A stretch of 64,000 nucleotides of DNA from an uncultured Oscillospiraceae bacterium. Its GTDB lineage: Bacteria > Bacillota > Clostridia > Oscillospirales > Oscillospiraceae. Position numbers and translations under genes: made by a program. The notes below the pieces were generated by a model. It saw only the letters and a list, made by a program, of their open reading frames with translations, made no database searches and had not been told where the DNA came from. Positions 28,959 through 37,405 of the stretch are shown in pieces (within the stretch, counting starts at the first letter, position 1; each line of letters opens with the position of its first letter). The stretch lies in assembly GCA_947629975.1 (NCBI GenBank), contig CANRFU010000001.1:255-64254 (forward strand), read 5' to 3'.

Positions 28959-29151
28959 TGCGGCGGGCCGGTAGGCCCGGGGTGTGGATGCATCTCTTCC
29001 GGCTGAGAATGAACCGGACTAAATGGTGGCGCCATCGGGCAGGCGCGAGGGAGTTCGATCCTCCCGCCGCATCGTCACGCCCAGCACCGCGCACATCGGT
29101 ATCGTGATGCCTTCGGGGCAGTTTATCATTTACTACCGCGCATCTACCCGG
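28959..29151 (+). ncRNA. Candidate structured ncRNA with a tRNA-like T-arm, downstream of DIP1984
   Basis: GGGAG-TTCGATC-CTCCC T-arm, TGCGGC/GCCGCA helix, GGTAG/CTACC closing helix and further hairpins; see findings. Confidence 0.6.
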
Positions 29152-29184
29152 GACGAGGGCGGGGACGGGGACGCCCGCCGCTTT

Positions 29185-29210
29185 GACCCGCCCGGAAGGG
29201 CGGGTCTTTT
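29185..29210 (+). terminator. Intrinsic terminator after the DIP1984/ncRNA unit
   Basis: GACCCGCCC-GGAA-GGGCGGGTC-TTTT. Confidence 0.85.
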
Positions 29211-29227
29211 GTTGGGGGACGATCTTT

Positions 29228-29782
29228 GTGGAGGAACTGCACATCGTGGACGCCTGCCGGGAGGAACACTTCCGGGCCATGTCCATGATCCACGCCCGGG
29301 CGTGGAAGGTCAGCTACCGGGGCGCGGTGCCCGACGACTTTCTGGACGCCATCGGCGACGACCACTGGCTGGACGCCTTCCGCACCAACTACGAAACACA
29401 GAACGGCATTAAAGGGCTCCTACTTTACAGAGGCAGTATCCCGGTGGCCTGCGTCAATTACTGCCGGGCCCGGGGGGACAACTTCAACAGCGCCGAGTGC
29501 CAATTCCCCAACGAGGGGTACGAGGACTGGGGAGAGCTGGCCTCCTTCTACACCCTGCCGGGAGAGCAGGGCAAGGGGTATGGCTCCATCCTCATGGCTG
29601 AGGCATTGAAGCGGCTGAAAGCGGACGGATTTGCCAACTGCTTTGTGTTCGTCCTCCGGGAGAACGAAGGGGCGCGCCGGTTCTACGCCCGCCACGGCTT
29701 TGCCTGGGACGGCACCTTTGCCGGGATCCCCTTCCCCCATGACACGGTGTGCGTCGATCTGCGGTATGTGCGGGCCCTGTGA
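29228..29782 (+). CDS. GNAT family N-acetyltransferase
   Basis: IHARAWKVSY, YTLPGEQGKGYGSILM, NEGARRFYARHGF; GTG start after GGGGG. Confidence 0.88.
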   Translation: MEELHIVDACREEHFRAMSMIHARAWKVSYRGAVPDDFLDAIGDDHWLDAFRTNYETQNGIKGLLLYRGSIPVACVNYCRARGDNFNSAECQFPNEGYEDWGELASFYTLPGEQGKGYGSILMAEALKRLKADGFANCFVFVLRENEGARRFYARHGFAWDGTFAGIPFPHDTVCVDLRYVRAL

Positions 29783-29818
29783 ACCCCCGCCGAATAGACG
29801 CGAAAACGCCCCGGACGG

Positions 29819-31321
29819 TCACGTCCGGGGCGCGTTTTTATGGGGTGCGGCGCCGGGAAGGTCGGAGACAGCCAGCACGCCGCAGGCGATGATGACCGGC
29901 GCGAAATTGGAGAAATACCGGCAGTTGGTCTCCCACCACATCAGGAACAGCCACAGCCCGAACACGGCCAGATACAGGGGCAGCCGCCGCCATCCCTCCC
30001 GCCGGGACCTGCCCGCCGCGAACCGCCACGCCGCCCACAGCATCCAGGCCATCAGCGCCACATGGAGGGCCGAGGTATACCCCCGGTAGAAACCGTAATA
30101 CGCCCCATCCTGGAGCAGGAACCGGTGGAGGACGGTGTCCCCATGGGGCGGTATCTTCAAAAAATCGTCCGCGCCGTAGGTGCCGTTGCCGAAATCCGCC
30201 GCCGATTTCCGGGCGGCCAGCTCCAGCATCCCGCCGGGCCCCCGCTGCCGGACCCGGTGGATGATCTCGTCCAGCAGGACCTGATTTCTCCCCTCCGCCG
30301 GCAGGGAGCGGGTGAAGTCATAGTCCTCCGGGTTGTAATAGCCGTCCCCCTTCAGGCCCATCATGACCCAGTGGAGCAGCGGCGTGTTGTTCTCCCTGGC
30401 CTCCTCCCGGCTCAGCTGGGTGGAGTACAGCGTCCCGTTCAGCGACAGGCCGATGACCGCCGTGATCCCAAAGGCGCACAGGGCGACCTTCAGCGCGTCG
30501 GCGGGCTTTTTCCGCAGGAGGGCGTCCAGCAGCGCGGCGATGGCCGCGATCAGCACCGTGAACTTGATCTGGCTCCCGATCCCCATGGCCAGCCCCATGG
30601 TCAGCAGGAGGACCGGCCGGTTTCCCCTGCCGTCCCGAAACCTCAGATAGCAGTAGAAAAACAGCGCGGGGAACAGCATGGACAGCACGTCGGTATAGAC
30701 CGCCCCGCCCAAAAACCAGAACTGGGGGCTGAGGGCAAAGACGGCCAGGGCCAGCACCCCGGCGGAGGCGCCCGCCAGCTCCCGGCAGATCAGCGACGCG
30801 AGGGCCATCGCCCCGGTGAGCATCAGGCAGGCGGCCAGCGAGGCCGCCGCGTAATAGTCGGTGAAGCCCACCCAGGAGGCCAGCCTGAACACCGCGTACA
30901 GGAAGGTCATCCCCCCGAGATTGTTGGGAAAATAGCCGTAGTATTCGTAGTAGCCGGAAAAGGCGCCTGTCCCCACCCACTCCACCGCGCCGCCGAAAAT
31001 GGCGGCCGCGTCGTACCACGTCCCGTGCCGCAGGGCAAGGGCAAAGAACAGCTCCGCCAGGAACATGGCGATGGAGAAGGCCCACAGGATGGCCCGATAG
31101 CGCCCCTCGATCTGGCCGGAAAACCGGTCCAGCAGACCCTTGACGAGCCAGACGACGGCCGCGCACACCGGCACCCCCAGCGCCGTGAGGAGCAGCTCCA
31201 CACCGCCGCGGCCCCCGTTCAAAATCACGCAGCTCATCACCACAAGGGTGAAGCACGCCGCGAACAGGACGTAAAACGCCCGGACCAGCCGGTCCCCAAC
31301 GGTGCGCCCCGCGCTATCCAT
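29819..31321 (-). CDS. GT-C fold (ArnT/PMT-like) membrane glycosyltransferase
   Basis: About 12 TMs, YYGYFPNNLG, YTDV, WVMMGLKGDGYY, WETNCRY. Confidence 0.65.
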   Translation of the reverse strand: MDSAGRTVGDRLVRAFYVLFAACFTLVVMSCVILNGGRGGVELLLTALGVPVCAAVVWLVKGLLDRFSGQIEGRYRAILWAFSIAMFLAELFFALALRHGTWYDAAAIFGGAVEWVGTGAFSGYYEYYGYFPNNLGGMTFLYAVFRLASWVGFTDYYAAASLAACLMLTGAMALASLICRELAGASAGVLALAVFALSPQFWFLGGAVYTDVLSMLFPALFFYCYLRFRDGRGNRPVLLLTMGLAMGIGSQIKFTVLIAAIAALLDALLRKKPADALKVALCAFGITAVIGLSLNGTLYSTQLSREEARENNTPLLHWVMMGLKGDGYYNPEDYDFTRSLPAEGRNQVLLDEIIHRVRQRGPGGMLELAARKSAADFGNGTYGADDFLKIPPHGDTVLHRFLLQDGAYYGFYRGYTSALHVALMAWMLWAAWRFAAGRSRREGWRRLPLYLAVFGLWLFLMWWETNCRYFSNFAPVIIACGVLAVSDLPGAAPHKNAPRT

Positions 31322-33125
31322 CCTGGGACCCCTTCAGCTTGCTGAAATAGCGCTGGTGGGCCGTCTGGTACTCCCGGTTGAATTCCTCGTCCCGGCCCGC
31401 GTGGAGCTGAGAGGTGTAGTCGTGGACCTGATGCTTCAGCTCGGGCATGGCGCGGGCCACCGTGGCCACGCCGATGTTGGAGCAGGCGTCGGAGATCCGC
31501 TCCGCCTCGGAAAGCAGGTTCATAAAGGCGTTTCCAGCGTAGGTGGAGCACTCCTTGGCGCGGATGCGCTCCATGTGGTTGTCCTTCATGGCGCTGACCA
31601 TGTCGTCCACCACCTGTTCCAGCGGCTCGATGCGCCGGGCGGCGTCCACGTCCCGCCGCTGGAAGGTCTGGCCGGCGTCGTCCAGGATCCGGTCGATGAG
31701 TCCGCGCAGCACCGCCAGCTCCCGCTGGGCGGCGTCGGGCAGGACCTCGTTCCTGTCCCGCAGGTCCTGGGCGGTCTCCGTGATGTTCACCGCGTGGTCA
31801 CTGAGCCGTTCGAACTCGGTGACCACGGCGTAGTAGTGATTCATGATCTCCACATGGTTCTCCGCGGTCAGGTGGGCGGAGATCTGCACCAGATAGTTGC
31901 TGATCCGGTCAGCGAACAGGTCCACCGTGTCCTCGTCCTCCTGGATTCGGGCGGCGGCCTGCCCGTCGTATTTGGCCACTACGTCGAAGGACCGATCGAT
32001 GTTCTTCCGGGCCACCTCATACATGGTGAGCAGGGCGTCGTAGCAGCGGCCCAGGGCGATGGCCGGCGTGCTGAAGAACACCGGGTTGAGGGCGTCCAGT
32101 TGCTCGCTGTACTTGTCGGTTGGAGCGGGGACATCGCGGATCAGCCTGCAGCTGAGCTTCTCCAACAGGCCCAGCAGCGGGAAGAGGGCCACGGCGCTGA
32201 TGAGGTTGAACACAGTGTTGGCGTTGGCGATGCCGCCGGAGTCGATGGGGGCGCTCCAGATCCCCGCCAGGGCGCCCACATGGTAGAGGACGAACACCCC
32301 CGCCAGCACCAGCGCGGTCTTGCACAGGTTGAAGATGATATTGACGCAGCCCACCCGCTTGGCGCTGGGTTTGGCGCCAATGTTGATGACGATGGCGGTG
32401 GTGACGCAGTCCCCCAGGTAGATGCCCGCCAGCACCGCGTAAATGGCGCTGAACGTCAGCTGTCCCGATGTGGAGAACGCCTGCAAAATGCCGATGCTGG
32501 CCGACGAACTCTGGAGCACGAAGGCCACCGCCGCGCCGATGGCGTAGCCCAGCACGGGGCTGTCCCCCAGCTTGGCGAACAGGCCCTCGATGACGCCGGA
32601 CTCGGTGAGTACGTCCACGGCGCTTGTCATGGTCAGCAGGCCGGAAAACAGGATGCCGAAGCCGATGACGATCTGGCCGGTCTTGACGGGGCCGGTCTGC
32701 TGAAAGCCCATGAGGATGACGATCCCGATGATGAGGGCCAGCGGCGCCAGCGTGGACGGGGTGAAGATGCGCAGAACGGAGGTGCCGGAGGAGTCCAGGT
32801 CCAGCAGACGGATGATCTGGCCGGTGACCGTGGTGCCCACGTTGGCGCCCACGATGATGCCCAGGGACTGGTGCAGGGAGATGACCCCCGCGGCCACAAG
32901 GCCCGAGGTGATGACGATGGTGGCGGTGGAGGACTGGATCACCGCCGTCATGGCAAGGCCCAGGAGGAAGGCCTTGACAGGGGTGCTGGTCAGCATCTCC
33001 AGGGCCTTTTTCAACGGGCCGGAGGAACTCTCCTTCAGCGCATCCCCCATGACACGCATACCGTAGAGGAACATGGCCAGGCCGCCAAGCAGCGTGATGA
33101 TGTCAAAAATACTGATGATCCTCAC
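31314..33125 (-). CDS. Na+/Pi cotransporter family protein with PhoU domains
   Basis: GGLAMFLYGM, IQSSTAT, GANVGTT, LQSSSA, ERLSDHAVNI, ERISDACSNI. Confidence 0.93.
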   Translation of the reverse strand: MRIISIFDIITLLGGLAMFLYGMRVMGDALKESSSGPLKKALEMLTSTPVKAFLLGLAMTAVIQSSTATIVITSGLVAAGVISLHQSLGIIVGANVGTTVTGQIIRLLDLDSSGTSVLRIFTPSTLAPLALIIGIVILMGFQQTGPVKTGQIVIGFGILFSGLLTMTSAVDVLTESGVIEGLFAKLGDSPVLGYAIGAAVAFVLQSSSASIGILQAFSTSGQLTFSAIYAVLAGIYLGDCVTTAIVINIGAKPSAKRVGCVNIIFNLCKTALVLAGVFVLYHVGALAGIWSAPIDSGGIANANTVFNLISAVALFPLLGLLEKLSCRLIRDVPAPTDKYSEQLDALNPVFFSTPAIALGRCYDALLTMYEVARKNIDRSFDVVAKYDGQAAARIQEDEDTVDLFADRISNYLVQISAHLTAENHVEIMNHYYAVVTEFERLSDHAVNITETAQDLRDRNEVLPDAAQRELAVLRGLIDRILDDAGQTFQRRDVDAARRIEPLEQVVDDMVSAMKDNHMERIRAKECSTYAGNAFMNLLSEAERISDACSNIGVATVARAMPELKHQVHDYTSQLHAGRDEEFNREYQTAHQRYFSKLKGSQDG

Positions 33126-33307
33126 CCCCTAAACTTGTCCATGGTATATCTTACTACATCCCGCCGCAAAAATCCACTCTTTTTTGCAGCGCCCCTGCGG
33201 CGGACACTGCCGCCTATGCCCTCTCAAGCCGCAGACGGCCGCCCCGCCGCCTGTACGGGGCAGAACGCGGCCCCCGTTTCACTTCAAACAAATGTTTCAG
33301 TTCCCCC

Positions 33308-33336
33308 TTGACTTGCCGGGGCGAATCGGATAGAAT
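33308..33336 (+). promoter_or_regulatory. Sigma-A promoter of the SLOG gene
   Basis: TTGACT-17-TAGAAT. Confidence 0.7.
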
Positions 33337-33357
33337 AGGGCGAGAAGAGAGGAGGCG

Positions 33358-33903
33358 ATGGCCGTGGACATCCGGCGGGACGTCAGCTGCTGCTTCACCG
33401 GCCACCGCCCGGATAAGCTCCCCTGGGGCTTTGACGAGAGCGACCCCCGGTGCGCGGCGCTGAAGGGCAGCATCGGCCGGGAGCTGGAAAAGCTGTACGA
33501 AAAGGGCTACCGGCACTTCATCTCCGGCATGGCCCGGGGCTGCGACCTGTACTTCGCCGAGGCCGCCCTGGCCCTGCGGGAACGGTACCAGGACGTGACG
33601 GTGGAGGGGGCGGTCCCCTGCCCCACCCAGGCGGACCGCTGGCCGGAGGAGGACCGCCGCCGCTGGCGGGCCATCCTGGACGCCTGTGATCTGGAGACGG
33701 TGGTCCAGCGGGAGTACGGCAGGTTCTGTATGCTCCGGCGGGACCGGTATCTGGTGGACCGCTCCGCCGCCATCCTGGCGGTGTTCGATGGGACCACCGG
33801 CGGTACCCACTACACCCTGTCCTACGCGGTGGGCAAGGAGAGGGAGATCTGGCTGCTGGACCCCGCCCGCCCGGAGGCGGAGGCCGTCCGGCTGGAGCTG
33901 TGA
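33358..33903 (+). CDS. SLOG superfamily protein (DUF1273/YpsA-like)
   Basis: CCFTGHRP, FISGMARGCD, RDRYLVD, GGTHYT. Confidence 0.85.
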   Translation: MAVDIRRDVSCCFTGHRPDKLPWGFDESDPRCAALKGSIGRELEKLYEKGYRHFISGMARGCDLYFAEAALALRERYQDVTVEGAVPCPTQADRWPEEDRRRWRAILDACDLETVVQREYGRFCMLRRDRYLVDRSAAILAVFDGTTGGTHYTLSYAVGKEREIWLLDPARPEAEAVRLEL

Positions 33904-33920
33904 CGACCACTTATCCCCCA

Positions 33921-33968
33921 AAAACGACCGGCTGTCCGCCAGAGATTGACGGACAGCCGGTCGATTTG
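33921..33968. terminator. Long hairpin after the SLOG gene
   Basis: CGACCGGCTGTCCG ... CGGACAGCCGGTCG flanked by A and T runs. Confidence 0.6.
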
Positions 33969-34005
33969 TTATGCTGGAGACACCAAGGAAAGGAGGCGCG
34001 CCCCC

Positions 34006-34533
34006 ATGAAGCGCATGGAAGCGAGATCCCTGGACCGCCTGCTGACGGCGGGCTTTGCCGTGGCCGCCGCGCTGTACGCCCTGCTGTTCTGGATCTTCGG
34101 GCGGGCATCCTCCAACGCACTGGCGGCGACGCTGCTCTCCGCCCACGCCCTGCCCATGTTCCTGCTCCAGTGGCGGCTGTGCCGGGTGGAGCGGCGGCGC
34201 TGGCCCCGCTGGGCGCCGCTGGTCCTGGTGGCCGTGATCGCGTTGATCGGCGCGCTGTATCTGTTCGGCGACCTGGGCGGCGGCTGGGACGCTCTGTTCG
34301 GCGGCCTCCTCCTGTGCTGGTGCGCCGCCCCGGCCGCCGGCATCTGCCTGGGCTGGATGGCGGGCGGCGGACATACCGCCAAACGGATTGCGGGGGCCGG
34401 CCTGCTGGTGATGCTGGCCGTCTACGTGGGGCTCAAGGCCCTGGGCTTCCCCCTCTGGTGGACGTTCGTGCCGCTGGACGTCCCCGCCCTGGCGGTGCTG
34501 GCGGCGGGGTTCTGGCTGTTCTTCAAAAAGTGA
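34006..34533 (+). CDS. Hypothetical multi-pass membrane protein
   Basis: RBS AAGGAGG, several hydrophobic helices, host-like codon usage. Confidence 0.7.
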   Translation: MKRMEARSLDRLLTAGFAVAAALYALLFWIFGRASSNALAATLLSAHALPMFLLQWRLCRVERRRWPRWAPLVLVAVIALIGALYLFGDLGGGWDALFGGLLLCWCAAPAAGICLGWMAGGGHTAKRIAGAGLLVMLAVYVGLKALGFPLWWTFVPLDVPALAVLAAGFWLFFKK

Positions 34534-34589
34534 ACAGAGACAAAATGGCCGCCCGGCGCAAACCGGGCGGCTGATGTATGCGGGCAACG

Positions 34590-34874
34590 TCAAATCACGT
34601 GCAGGACCTCGTCGCAGGGCAGAGTCAGGCGGTAGCGCTCCATCCGCTCCCCTTCCTCCCCGTTCTGAGCTGCTCTCACAAGAAAGACACCCTTGTCGGT
34701 CATTTCCACATCGTAGTCGGAAGCGGGAGGCAGGGAATGACCCATGAATTCCCAATCCAGCCATTCTCCCTCCCTCTCCTGCCGGGAGTAGAAATCCATC
34801 TTGCATCTGGCGCGCTCATAGGCGCTCATGCCCATAAGTTTGTCGATTTCCTCTTTTTTGACAGTTTTCTTCAT
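34590..34874 (-). CDS. Small hypothetical protein
   Basis: RBS AAGGAGG; own promoter TTGACA-18-TATAAT (34907-34936); AT-richer than its flanks. Confidence 0.7.
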   Translation of the reverse strand: MKKTVKKEEIDKLMGMSAYERARCKMDFYSRQEREGEWLDWEFMGHSLPPASDYDVEMTDKGVFLVRAAQNGEEGERMERYRLTLPCDEVLHVI

Positions 34875-35068
34875 AGCTCAGCCCTCCTTTTTTGTGAGAT
34901 GAGCTAATTATACTCCCGGCCGCACAGGCTTGTCAACCCATATTTTTGTAAAATTGGCCCCTTGCTGGAAAAACCGGCAAGGGGCTAAATTGATGGCGGA
35001 TCTGCAATTTTGCAAGTTCCGATCTGTTTTGATTTATTTTCGGGACGTCCCGCAGAGCTGCCGCGTCC

Positions 35069-36292
35069 TCACGCGAGGACCGCCCGGTGGAACACCTTTT
35101 TCCCCTTTTTGATGACCAGCCCGCCCTCAAAGGCGGCCTTGTCGTAGTAAAGGTTGGGGTCGGTGACCTTAGCGTCGTTGACGGATACGCCCCCCTGCTG
35201 GACCAGCCGCCGCGCCTCGCCGTTGGAGGCGGCCAGGCCGCACTTGACCATCAGGGCCAGCACGCCGATCTTGCCGTCGGTGAAATCGCCGCCGGCGAGC
35301 GTGGTGGAGGGCATATTGGCGTCCTCCCCAGCCCCGGAGAACAGGGCCTTGGCGGCGGCCTGGGCCTTGTCGGCCTCCTCCCTGCCGTGGACCATATTGG
35401 TCAGCTCCCAAGCCAGGATCTCTTTGGCCCGGTTCAGCTCGCTGCCCTGCCAGTGGTCCATCTCGTCGATCTGCTCCAGGGGCAGGAAGGTGAGCATCCG
35501 GATGCACTTCATCACGTCGGCGTCGTCCACGTTCCGCCAGTACTGGTAGAAGTCGTAGGGGCTGGTCTTGTTGGCGTCCAGCCAGACGGCGTTGCCGGCG
35601 GTCTTGCCCATCTTCTTGCCCTGGGAGTCGGTGAGCAGGGTGATGGTCATGGCGTGGGCGTCCTTGCCCAGCTTCCGGCGGATGAGCTCGGTGCCGCCCA
35701 GCATATTGGACCACTGGTCGTCCCCGCCGAACTGCATATTGCAGCCGTAGTGCTGGAACAGATAGTAGAAGTCGTAGGACTGCATGATCATATAGTTGAA
35801 CTCCAGGAAGGACAGGCCCTTTTCCATCCGCTGTTTATAGCACTCGGCCCGGAGCATATTGTTCACGGAGAAGCAGGCGCCCACCTCCCGGAGGAGCTCC
35901 ACATAGTTGAGGTTCAAAAGCCAGTCCGCGTTGTTGATCATCATGGCCTTGCCCTCGCCGAAGTCGATGAACCGCTCCATCTGGCGCTTGAAGCACTCGG
36001 CGTTGTGGGCGATGTCCTCTTTGGTGAGCATCTTGCGCATATCGGTGCGGCCGGAGGGGTCGCCGATCATGGTGGTGCCGCCGCCGATGAGGGCGATGGG
36101 CTTGTTGCCGGCCAGCTGGAGGCGCTTCATCAGCGTCAGGGCCATGAAGTGGCCCGCAGTGAGGCTGTCGGCGGTGCAGTCAAAGCCGATGTAGAAGGTG
36201 GCCTTGCCCTGGTTTATCATATTTCGGATCTCGTTCTCATCTGTGACCTGGGCGATGAGGCCCCGGGCCCCCAGTTCTTCATAGAGCTGCAT
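35069..36292 (-). CDS. tyrS: Tyrosyl-tRNA synthetase
   Basis: YIGFDCTADSLTAGH, QFGGDDQW, KMGKT, C-terminal S4 domain. Confidence 0.98.
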   Translation of the reverse strand: MQLYEELGARGLIAQVTDENEIRNMINQGKATFYIGFDCTADSLTAGHFMALTLMKRLQLAGNKPIALIGGGTTMIGDPSGRTDMRKMLTKEDIAHNAECFKRQMERFIDFGEGKAMMINNADWLLNLNYVELLREVGACFSVNNMLRAECYKQRMEKGLSFLEFNYMIMQSYDFYYLFQHYGCNMQFGGDDQWSNMLGGTELIRRKLGKDAHAMTITLLTDSQGKKMGKTAGNAVWLDANKTSPYDFYQYWRNVDDADVMKCIRMLTFLPLEQIDEMDHWQGSELNRAKEILAWELTNMVHGREEADKAQAAAKALFSGAGEDANMPSTTLAGGDFTDGKIGVLALMVKCGLAASNGEARRLVQQGGVSVNDAKVTDPNLYYDKAAFEGGLVIKKGKKVFHRAVLA

Positions 36293-36316
36293 GGTATCTT
36301 CTCTCCTTTAGAGTAA

Positions 36317-36937
36317 TCAGCCGTTTTGGGGGGCGAGGACCAGCACCTGCCGGGGCGTGTCCCCGGTGAGATCGAACGAACTGCCGCCCCGCTCCACCCG
36401 GTCGAACAGGCCGATGAAGTCCTCCAGCGGGGCGATGACGTCGAACCCGCCGTACTGTGAGCGGTAGTGCATAGGGACGGTGACGCGGGGCTTCACCCGG
36501 TCCACGATCTCCTTTGCCGCCGCCGCGTCGATGGTGAAGAAGCCCCCTACGGGGATCAGCAGGCAGTCCACACCGGACAGCTTTTCGTACTCCCCGTCCG
36601 TGGGCAGCCGGCCCAGGTCGCCCAGATGGGCCACACGGAGGGAGCCGAATCGGAAGATCCGCACCGTGTTTTTGCCCCGCTTGGCGCCGCCCGCGTCGTC
36701 GTGGTCGGTCTCCAGCTCCTCCAGCTCAAAGGCGGGGGCGGCGGGCTTGATGGTCACGCCGGCGGTGAAGCCGTGGTCGTGGTGGAAGTGGCTGCAATAG
36801 ACGAACTCCGCCTCCAGCCGCACGTTTTTGAGCCCCGGCACCGAGCCGTCCTCGTAGGGGTCCAATACGATCCGCTGGCCCTCATACGCCAGCACAAAGC
36901 AGGAGTGGCCGATATAGGTGATCTCTGCCCTGTACAT
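36317..36937 (-). CDS. Metallo-beta-lactamase-fold hydrolase (UPF0173-like)
   Basis: YIGHSCF, SHFHHDH, HLGDLG, PVGG, PMHY motifs. Confidence 0.88.
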   Translation of the reverse strand: MYRAEITYIGHSCFVLAYEGQRIVLDPYEDGSVPGLKNVRLEAEFVYCSHFHHDHGFTAGVTIKPAAPAFELEELETDHDDAGGAKRGKNTVRIFRFGSLRVAHLGDLGRLPTDGEYEKLSGVDCLLIPVGGFFTIDAAAAKEIVDRVKPRVTVPMHYRSQYGGFDVIAPLEDFIGLFDRVERGGSSFDLTGDTPRQVLVLAPQNG

Positions 36938-36954
36938 GATATTACCTCCTTCGA

Positions 36955-37215
36955 CAAAAAACGTCCTCCGCTCCCAATGGAGCAGAGGACGCCGGAATGA
37001 CGTGTTACCACCTCTGTTCGCCCTTTTCTCACGAAAAGAACCTCACGGGGTCGTTGACCCCTCGCGCGCTATCGGGCGCACCCGTCCGCCCCTACTGTAA
37101 TCGTCCGTTCAGGGGGCCGCTCCAAGGTGTATTCGCCGGCCTCCCTCTCCCCCTTTCACCGTCCGGGGGCTCTCTGAGCAGGGTGTGTGCCGACTACTAT
37201 TCCTCTTCAATGCGT
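36955..37215 (-). promoter_or_regulatory. T-box riboswitch with Tyr specifier (TAC)
   Basis: Minus strand: AGAGAG and GGTGAA stem-I motifs, GAA-TAC specifier (37129-37131), T-box AGAGGTGGTAACACG (37001-37015), terminator with U-tract (about 36955-36991); promoter TTGACA-17-TATCAT (37223-37251). Confidence 0.93.
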
Positions 37216-37320
37216 TGTGTGCATGATAACACAGGAAACCGGGCTTGTCAAACCTTTTTTGCCTTTTGCCGGCCTATTGGATCCTCCCTCCCGGAACAGG
37301 CATATGTGTTAAAAATATAT

Positions 37321-37349
37321 TTGCAAAAAGGGGTTTGACGTGCTATCAT
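37321..37349 (+). promoter_or_regulatory. Sigma-A promoter of the DegV gene
   Basis: TTGCAA-17-TATCAT. Confidence 0.6.
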
Positions 37350-37405
37350 AATACCAATTACAGAGCCGCGTCCGCGGCCCAAGAATTTGGAGGTCTTTCG
37401 CCACT

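Noticed and set aside
28959-29075. tRNA or tRNA-Sec call for the T-arm-containing region
   Set aside because: It spans more than 110 nt, has no paired anticodon stem (CCGGA-CTAAA-TGGTG does not close), no UCA anticodon and no CCA end. Kept only as a tRNA-like RNA candidate.
29023-29412. 129-aa ORF across the RNA region and terminator
   Set aside because: No RBS, crosses a strong terminator and overlaps the GNAT gene out of frame.
35011-35027. TGCAAGTTCCGATCTGT as another cassette half-site
   Set aside because: Only loose similarity to the 62590 motif, and no matching partner after the 34590-34874 gene.
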